A program made the translations under genes and the position numbers. A stretch of 64,000 nucleotides of DNA, taken from Yuukianura sp. NJ FZ-2021. Its lineage: Eukaryota. This document shows, piece after piece, positions 51,401-64,000 of the stretch. The notes beneath the pieces are model-generated. The model searched no databases. It was not told where the DNA came from and saw only the letters and a list, made by a program, of their open reading frames with translations. Position 1 is the stretch's first letter, and each line of letters opens with the position of its first letter. Where the stretch lies: contig CM102285.1 in NCBI GenBank assembly GCA_046563655.1, positions 11,842,001 through 11,906,000 of the forward strand, written 5' to 3'.

Positions 51401-54014
51401 TCTACATGTTTGGTTTGGTTTTATAATGATCAATAAATCATGGGCTAAAAAGTTAATTTGATCAGATGGAATGATATGGAATTCGCATCACATCTACTGA
51501 TCGGCTTTCGGCTCCTTCATTATTACATGGTTTGTATGGTTAGTTTAAAGTACTAACCTAGTAATTACATCGCACAAAGCAGCATATTTTCATTCAACAA
51601 AATCAAACTGGTTAGTTTAGATGGAAATTAAAAGGAAATAAAATATTTATACGCTACTTGCATATGAACTCTTTTGCTATTGCAAAATCACAAGAAAAAA
51701 AACAATTACATCGCATTGACTATTATTTTCGAAAATTGGAACACGCAAAAAGTTAAAAAAAATCTTAATTGCATTTCTCTACCATTAAACACCACTCCTG
51801 AATTTTTAATTTTCCTAATTTTTTGTTTTCAGAAGCCCTTCATAAATAACTCTACTCCCTAAGCCCTACTCCAATTGTTCAATTTCTCAAAAAAAAAAGG
51901 TTTTATAAATTAAAATTTGTCAAACTTCAACGCCATTGTAGCTAAAACTGAGTTCAGATTTCACCAAAAATTTTAAATTTCTTTGTAAATTTCTTAAATT
52001 TACGCAATTGAAGTTTCAAAATTTCGTTTTTAAGGGCGGTTCCACTTGCTAAAAGTGACATTTCCTTCGAGAGACAAATGAAAATCGACATGCAGTGGAG
52101 AAAGTGTCAATGACATTATTATTCCAAACATCAAGGCACAAAAGAGGCACACAAGCTTATAAATTGCTGCTAATAAACCCCAGGAATTTTCACACCTATT
52201 GTCCTACACCGAATCGAATTTGCAATGTTAAAACATTCGCACATTCTCTACATTCAATCACGTTTCACGTTTCATATATTCCATTCTTAAGATGAAGTAC
52301 AAATATAAAATTAAAACCCTGTATCCGCTCAATTTTCACTTTCTAAAAAAATTTTAACTTGCAATTTACCACAAACTCTGGTCAACTCAACTCTGATTCT
52401 GATTTTGTCATGCACATTTATACATGTGTATGTCACAAAAAATGTGGAAAACACACTAAAATTTTCCTATTTCAAGTAATTCGTAGAATATGTTAAGTGT
52501 ATAAATTCGCATCGACAGTGACAAACAACCATGGATGGCTCTTTTCCTGCCTAGATTGCCAAACATTGTGACTTTAATACTAAATGCTTTACTGATTTCT
52601 TGTTTCCTGTTTCTGTGCATGTCCCGTCCCTTGTGTTTTTCAATTGAACGTTGACAACAACGATGCATCGTCATGTTTGTTCAATGTAAGATGTTATAAC
52701 TAGTATGTAATTCAAGACGAGATTCTTTAAGTACATGTATATGTGTTAAGTACTTTTGAGGAGAAGCGTATCAAGTTACGTAAATTAAATGGTTTGGCTT
52801 GTAACACTAATCCCGTTGTCAAATCATAACCGGAAGCCTTTGATTATTCAAAAATATAAGAGAAATCGTTAACACGCACGGACAAAATGCATAAGAACTG
52901 TTAAATTTTGTTGAAGAATTAAAAATCATTTAAATTACATGCGCGGATACTCCTTGTTTTCCTTTTCTTTTCGAAGGTAATCCAACATGCAACAGCATTT
53001 TAGCATCAATTTTCCAATTTTCATTGATGATCTTTCTCATATTTCAAAAACAAAAAGTTTCTCACACCTTGATGTGCTTTGATTACCAAAAAATAATAAT
53101 TTGCACTTGCTAAAAGTCATCGGAACTCAGTGACATGCAAAACACACACACAATATTGCATTTCTTTCTTGATTTCTAATTGTTTTTACCTACTTTCTAA
53201 ATTTTGATTTCCCAACATAATATGAAAATTGTGAATTGGAAATTTTTGTGAATACGAAATTGTTCGTGTTTTAAGTTTCCAACAATTTGTGAAACAAAAG
53301 TAACACATCGTTTACCGCCTCAAAGAAAAAAAATGCTGACAAATCCATCAATTACACAATTTACAGTAATAATTGGATTTCGATTGACCTAAACACGAAA
53401 ATTTCTCGCCGACGAAATTTTCGTTTCACTTTTCATTTCATTTTCATCTCAATCTCCCTGCCCCTGCCCTTCATCATTTTCACATGCATAACCTGAGGGA
53501 CACTTGAAAAAGTGTAAAAATGATGAATGACGAAAAGTACTAAATTGGAAATGAATTACAGTGCAAAAATGTGTTTGTCGTCAAAGTGGTATAATATTAC
53601 ACACACATTTGTGTGTCCTTCAATTTCTGTGAATTCGCTATGCTATTTTTTGCATCTCCAGATTCCAAGAAAGTGAAGCGTGTGAAAAGATGATGAGCAG
53701 AACAGATGGGAAATTGAGTGTCCTTTTGTACGTCATGTGGATGTGATGATGTGAAGCGTGACGTTACTACTGAGATGTTTGTTCAGCAGTGTTTGCTTAA
53801 CTTTCGAATCTTTAAAAACGAAATTCCAGATTTGCGTGTTGGTAACTACTATAAACTGAGTCTTCAATTTGGTAACTAAATGTGATGATTGAAATGTTGC
53901 CTTGCAACTTACCTGATAAATGGTTTTAGTCCTAACTGCTTTGGAGACGGTTTCTCGTACTTGAGCAGCACTTCCTGGTCGACATAGTACCCGTGCGAAT
54001 TTGCGTTCCGACAT
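36401..54014 (-). CDS. Dedicator of cytokinesis, DOCK-D (DOCK9/10/11, zizimin-like), divergent, multi-exon
   Basis: Exon 1 MSERKFARVLCRPGSAAQVRETVS; VEPYYIFLALFDARSGRKISEDFH; RYRMPLCW; DHR-1 HLLYVYP, ARNILC, PEWYSEVKLALP, HLLFQFYHISC; DHR-2 RFLATYYRVA, YVYKEP, LRLQGSVSVQVNQGPLAYARAFL. Confidence 0.9.
41993..42118 (-). CDS. Candidate 126-nt cassette exon of the DOCK gene (GC donor)
   Basis: ttgtatag acceptor, 42 sense codons SHSLSLSDDEIAVEKRSTGGGTSPQLLHILSRKRFFKTKSDK, AAG|gcaagt donor; phase 0/0 matches flanking exons. Confidence 0.45.
45961..46509 (-). CDS. Candidate alternative first coding exon of the DOCK gene (Ser-rich, 183 codons)
   Basis: ATG 46509, long open frame in an AT-rich intron, TTG|gtaatt phase-0 donor compatible with the cag|AAC acceptor at 45710. 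Confidence 0.6.
47560..48000. repeat. Degenerate ~220-bp tandem duplication in DOCK intron 1
   Basis: ttttgatcc..cgaat...gtaaat.c.actgca.a.tcaatttttgtt.caactg.tgtc.aaatt.ttcaaaatttt...ctttccaaaaa occurs twice. Confidence 0.65.
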
Positions 54015-55573
54015 TGTCGTTGCGTAGGTCGAAGGAAGAGATTCTTAGATTCCAAGTTCAACGGCGAGCGTTCGAATACAATTCCGATGAATCCTTACGT
54101 TGGCATTGGCATTGGCCTATGGAAAAAGCACAAAACAAATCCGAATTAGTAAAAAATTAATGAATGATACCATACGAGTCGTCAATAAGTCAATAAGTAC
54201 GACAGGTATCACTCTGGCAAAAATCGCTCTTGCTTTTCTAAGCCTGTAATCGGTTAATTCTTTTGAAAGACTATTCGACCTACTACATAATTAGTATCCT
54301 AACTGCATTTCGTTTGAGAGGCGTTAGTAGGCAGGCAGTGTACACCTTTACGTTGATTTTGCTTAAATTAAGCAAGTAATCGAGAAAGGACGACTGTAAT
54401 TCTTGCTCTAAATCAATCTCACTTAGGTTAGGAAATTGATCTAATCCTGTTCTAAGTGTCGCCAACTTGCTACCCGCATTACACTAATAAGAAGTCCATA
54501 TTGGCTGGTGAGGTCACACGATTTAGTAGTTGACTAACTGTCCGGAGAATGACTGCTGATGATGATTACCTAGCAGATTACCTATTAAAAAATAAACGTA
54601 TAGGATTAGGATTTTTCATATCCGACTTCGAAGTTATATCGAATGCACAACGAATTATCGATGTTTCCTCCTTTGACTTCGGTAAAGACTGATGTTATAC
54701 CGAACTTACAGTTACAACACTGTGAGATGATCGTTCGTTACTAATCAAATGTCGACAAACGATGAATTGCCTTACCTTCTTATCTTTAAATCGTTCTGGG
54801 ATCTGCCGAATCCAGGGATAGGGAGCAACAATTAGCCAATAACTACTACCAGCGCCTGTTCAATACAAACTTCACACTTGCAATTAAAGTTCTATTTTCC
54901 TTGTTTTTCCAGTTTCCAGTGCAAAAAAAACAGCAGACAGGAAGAAGTGAAGACGAATGAATGAATTTTGCGAAAGTGAAAGTCGGCTCCACTGCACTCA
55001 AAAAATTGAACTGGAAATTGATCCCTCCTTTCAAACTCTAATCGATTTCCCCTGCATAGGTTATCACGTGACCCTTTTTACCGTAATTTTTCAGCTGATG
55101 GCACCCCACGGAAATAAGCGCCTAGAAACGTAGAAAACCAGTTTTGAAACTAATTGTGTTCATAATGCTAAGACCGATCAATTTGATTAACGGTTAACTC
55201 GAGTTTTAAATGTAATACTGTCACCTGCTTATGCTTTTCTTGAACGTTGAGAAAACGAAAAACAAAATCCATTAATATTATCCACACAAATGTAATGTAA
55301 TGGGCCGTTTCTGGAACGACTACGGTGAAATATGATACTGCACAAAAAGCTTCCGCTGGAGCGGATGGCTGAAACAAATAGTAACCGGAAGTGGGAGAAA
55401 TTGGCTGAAATAAACAACTGCAGTGGACGAAATTGGCTAAAATCTGTAAGCAATGTTAGATGTGCCTGCAATGCTAGCAGTTTCCGAAAAACGACACGGT
55501 GATACTTATAGTATGGCTTTATTGGTGTTGTTTGTAAAAGCATCCAGCCGTGTACACTGGAAAGCGTATCTGC

Positions 55574-56864
55574 TTACAAGAACTGTGGTAATGGGTAGTG
55601 CACGCGTGGTTTTTGGCCTGGAGGTCCAATATGAAATGTTCCTGGAACTGTTGACCCAATTCCAGCTCGCGGTCCACCAAAAGTCGGTTTTCCACTGGGT
55701 TGTGTTGGATCAATTTGAATGAATTGCCACTGTTGATTGGCTAGCCATGGAGCACAGTTCGCTTTCCCAACAGGTTTTCCCATCCTGAAAATTATTTCCA
55801 AATTATTTAGCAGTTTCAATCGTTTGTTTTGAGTTTCAATTGGAATTATTTCTTAAAGTGTTTGTTACCCTTTGTTTACTAAACATTTTTCAGTATGAAG
55901 AATCCTGATCATATATTTCCCACCGGTGACAGGCTTGTATTCGTAAAATCGAATGGGCATGTAAGGAGCTCCGTCAGTATCTCGTCTTGGAATTTCAAAA
56001 TTTTGGTACGTGACGGCATTGTAGTAAGGGTATGACACTGGGCGCATGTCGTAGTTGATCCCAATCTTTGGACCCTGTGTTAAAACCAACATCTTACAGT
56101 AATTTTGAACGAGGAATTTTGAAGTGCTGGATCCTGCTTACGTATTTTCCAATATTCCAAAGCTGTGCTTCTTTTCTGGCCCATGGTTTCATGAGTGTTT
56201 CCGCGAAGAATTCATTTTTAACTGGCTGGACTGTCAGAACCTGCCATTGTACAATTTCAAATTTTGAAACACGTAATGCATTTCTAGAAGCCAAATTAAT
56301 CGATATCAAGTCCTTGACTTACGGATCCATCCATGACACTTCTAATCACATGAGTTCCGCCTAATACTGAAAAGGCAAAAATCAAAGTAAAAATCAAGAT
56401 TTTCTTTGAAAATGACACAACAGTTGGAATCTGACAGTGAACGACTTACTTTTGGGTCCACATGGCGCAATTGATTGCACAGCGTTGTTGAATCCAATAG
56501 ACTTTAGATTATCGGTGTACTTCTTATGATGAGGTTGCAGCACAACGCGGCGTCCCTTGCACTTCAATCTGTCGAAGAACACCAGGCATCCGCCATGAAG
56601 ATCAACAGCCGAAGCAGCTTCACGAAATCGTTTAGGCACGTCAGTGCACCCCTTCACAGATACCAACTGGAAGTCACCTAAAATCATAAAAACCAAAGAA
56701 TTAGTAACCATAACCACTCATTATAAGAGAAAGCAAAAACTCTTACCATATTGGAAAGTATGGTTATACAAAGTTACTGTTTCTCCATTCGCGTTGCTCA
56801 CGAAAGTCTGCACGAAGAAGACTACTACCAGAGCAAAAGCTTCGAAAAACTTCAGCAAGTTCAT
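55574..56864 (-). CDS. Secreted protein: beta/gamma-crystallin-like domain + ricin-B-type beta-trefoil + Pro/Gly tail (6 exons)
   Basis: Signal MNLLKFFEAFALVVVFFVQTFVSNANG; VTLYNHTFQYG..GCTDV..ASAVDLHGGCLVFFDRLKCKG..NLKSIGFNNAVQSIAPC; HVIRSVMDGSVLTV..EAQLWNI; YMIRILHTEKCLV..ANCAPWLANQQWQF; all five GT-AG joins phase-compatible. Confidence 0.7.
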
Positions 56865-57261
56865 TTTCTAAATATTTTTGAAAATTAAGGTTTTTAAACA
56901 AAGTTCGAATTCTGACAATACACTAAACTGAAGTTCAGAGATCATAAAAGTCTGAGAGTCTGGTGAAAAAGCCAAGCCTTGATTTTGTCGGGGTGAACAA
57001 ACTGGAAAATATATTAAAAACCGGTTTCCAATTTGCCTTTGTGTAATTTTGAATATAATTCATTAGTCCCAGTCGTTGTCACTACCCGTTCCCCTATCCT
57101 TATCCAGCATTTTTTGTCAAAAAATACAAGAATGGATTACCAGTACCGAGTATTTACCACTGAAAGTCAACACTCAACACTTGTGCTTGAGATCCCGCAT
57201 TTCAGCACATCTCCAATTTAATTTGCATTTTTGATTAGAAAATTACTAGTAGAAGTAAGAA

Positions 57262-58906
57262 TTACATGAATTTGTACTTCCCTTCTTTCATGCGTCGTCG
57301 TTTCAAATCTTCTCTCAACCAAGATGGCATGTTCCTTGAGTCAATTTTGTAAGCTAGTGGAAACTTTGGTGGCGTTGGAGGAGGTTTGAATGGATGTCTC
57401 TCTTTCAGTTTTTCTATAAGTAATTCCTTTTGTAGTTGTTTGGGCTCCTTGTATTTGTCCAAGTACAAATCAAATGGTTTCCTATGTGGAAACCACTTCT
57501 GCTCTGCCAGGGGTATTGGTGGAAAGTCATATTCAGCAACTGGTTCCGCCATTTCTAATTGCAAAATTTAGAAATCACGATAAAGTAAAGCAACTCAATC
57601 AATATCGTACGTATATCTATGTCAAAATGTTTAGATATTACCAAGAACGGTGTGAAAAAAATCAGTAAGGCTATGATCCCAAGATGATTCAAAGAAGGCG
57701 AGACCCGCTGGGGTTAACTGATCCTCAAGGCTCTTGTAAAAATCGTAGGTTGAGAACGTCCTGGCAGTCAAATTCGTACAAGGCAGCTGTCTTCGGTACT
57801 CTGAGAAATCAATATTCTGGTCTTGCTTGTACAGAATGAAAATGTAGCGACAGTAGCCAACTCCCCGAACCGGAAATGGACGCATGTAGTCGCAAAGAAC
57901 CTCTCCATGCTGTACCTCGTTCCCAGGAATATTTCCACTGCAAATTAAAGGAACTCACGTCGTGCAGGATTCAAAACATCAATTCATCTTCGAACGTGTG
58001 GCGTAAGACCACTTACATTAGCCAATGGAGATACTCCCCGTTCTCTTTTGTAAAATGAACGTCCGGTGTGGTAAGAGCCAAGGTAAACAGATCGTCTTTG
58101 TCAGCCGAATATGAAACCTCTGGTGTTTTAGTAGCCTTAAATTAGAAACGAAACAGACAGAATCTCAAACTTTTACTCGTTTTAAGTTTAGTGGCGAAGT
58201 TACAGGAAGTTAAGCAATGTTAAGTTGATTATTTAGTAATCTTACCTCGTATGGTTTGATCAAATTCCCTCTATAAACCGGCGTGACAAGACTATCATCC
58301 TTCGGATGAATGAAACCAATGTTCAATGGGATCACTGGATAGAAGTATGCTTCCTCGAATAAGTCCTCATAAACGTTGTAATATTTTGCAGTTTCGTAAA
58401 TTTGTTTAGAAGCCACAGTTCGCTCCCACTCAGTGTGAACTTTTTGTAAATCCACCTTAACTGGAATAGCGTAAGTACGAGAAAAGCAATAAGAATATTT
58501 AACGTCAAATGAAGATCTTCATATCATTGATTAAGTTTCATTACTAGTCCGATGCTTCGCAGCAAGTTCAAGTTCTTGGTTCTTTTTAATCGCGACCCGC
58601 TCATCATGTCGCTCTTTCATAACATCCTTCCTTGAGATTACGTTCAGTGGTAATCCAATATTGACACGGTAATGCAGAGCAGGATCTTGGTACTTGAGTT
58701 CTAAAGACGTGACACATTGACGGATTAACAACAAACCATGGGTACAAGTCATCAGAAAGTATATGGACCTCACCTGCCAATCGTTGTTCAATATTTCTCG
58801 CTAATTCTGGAGGTTTACCACGGATTGCCTTTCGATACCTGACCCCCGACTTGTCTATAAAATGTTCCGTTGACCTTAGGAGTCTACCGCATAACGCCAG
58901 AGACAT
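57262..58906 (-). CDS. MRPL38: Mitochondrial ribosomal protein mL38 (PEBP-like domain)
   Basis: Mitochondrial presequence-like start; YYNVYEDLFEEAYFYP, PVYRGNLIKP, EYLHWL, PFPVRGVGYCRYIFILYKQD, RTFSTYDFYK, TPAGLAFFESSWD, FPHRKPFDLYLDKYK. Confidence 0.92.
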
Positions 58907-60006
58907 CTTCCTTTTCTACTGCTTCTGAATTGAACAAGGCAGGAATCAGTGACCCCTTTCCTATTACCTACAATGTTAAGAAAATTAGCAACTTTGCATT
59001 AATCTTGTATTAAGTTATAAGCACTCCTCCGTCGTCACTGATGAAGTAGACGAAAGGACGAAACGTCAAACCATAATAACAATTAATTTCTGTACAATTT
59101 CTTATTACAAACACGAAAACACCGATTTCACGAACTGTTTACTGTTTACTTTCAAAATTGGCGAATCTGACTGAAAGCTACACACAGCGACGTTATCACA
59201 AATAAGTTTGTGCACATTCCTAAATGTACAAAAAGCAATAATCGTCCCTTCTTCACCCTTCACTTTAAAGTATACGTATTAACGTATTAAACCAATTACT
59301 TTATATTATTTTAATTTCATAACTTTAAGTTAGTAATATTATAAGTCAAATTGTTGACCTTATTCCTTAGATTTTTCTAAAACTAAACGCTTTGAAAATT
59401 AAAATTTATGTCTTTTGCATGCCCACGTCTGTGAGATAGCCTCCCGCCAAGGCGTACTTTGTAGTATATTTTCGACCGACTCACACAAAGCAAATCTAAA
59501 ACTGAAAATCATACGGGACAAAAAGGTTCCCTGCAACTCGAAATCGCCCCGGCCATAACACATAAAAAGCAAAGGCAATCACATTCATAAACCACCACCA
59601 CATCAAATTCATAATCATAAACACAAGTTCTTCAAATTAAATCTAAATGTAAAAACGACATTCATTTTACTTAATTTTGCAGTTGTCATTTTGTTCAGTT
59701 GTCGTCTACAGCGTAGCTTGAAGTAATACTTGCGACACCGAGTAAGGTCAATTGCAGGTCACGACGGAACTGCCGATCCTGAACACTGATAAGAACGGCA
59801 AATTAAAGTTAAAAGGTAAAGAAGATGTATTGGTTAAATTGGATCATATCACTTGACTATTTATGTGTGAACCATGCTTTGGAAATTTTTCTTATTTAGA
59901 ATTGGTATCTTCTGCTAGGTCACCATTTAGTGCAGAACGTCGCTAGTGGAAGAGGAATTCTGGGACTCTATAGGCCTTTTAAGTTCGGAAGAAGGTACAC
60001 TACAAA

Positions 60007-64000
<3,994 letters not shown>

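Noticed and set aside
46600..53900. Many short ORFs in the large AT-rich region
   Set aside because: Biased low-complexity translations, no motifs or consistent exon chains; interpreted as DOCK intron 1

Overview
Eukaryotic, AT-rich, gene-dense genomic DNA with many short (~55-90 nt) spliceosomal introns. A multi-cysteine-cluster Toll and an insect-type serpin point to an arthropod; the compact introns would fit a springtail or similar lineage (inference only). Hand-spliced gene models in order: RIOK1 (-, runs off left edge), secreted Pro/Gln repeat protein (-), kelch-repeat RABEPK-like (+), AKAP7-like 2H phosphodiesterase (-), Toll receptor (+), N-terminally extended serpin (-), orphan type-I membrane protein with NPxY and DxxLL sorting signals (+), truncated PIH1D2-like (+), mpaB/DUF2236 oxygenase (+), QPYY-repeat putative GPI protein (+), a ~1.8 kb foldback-like repeat, APEH (-), HMGXB4-like (+), divergent DOCK9/zizimin-like (-, with candidate alternative exons), secreted beta/gamma-crystallin-like + ricin-B protein (-), mRpL38 (-) and SPT16 (+, runs off right edge). 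No prokaryotic systems, CRISPR arrays, or rRNA/tRNA genes were seen. The most notable items are the orphan proteins that only appear after splicing and a possible innate-immunity neighbourhood at 7-22 kb. All family calls come from motif recognition, not database searches.
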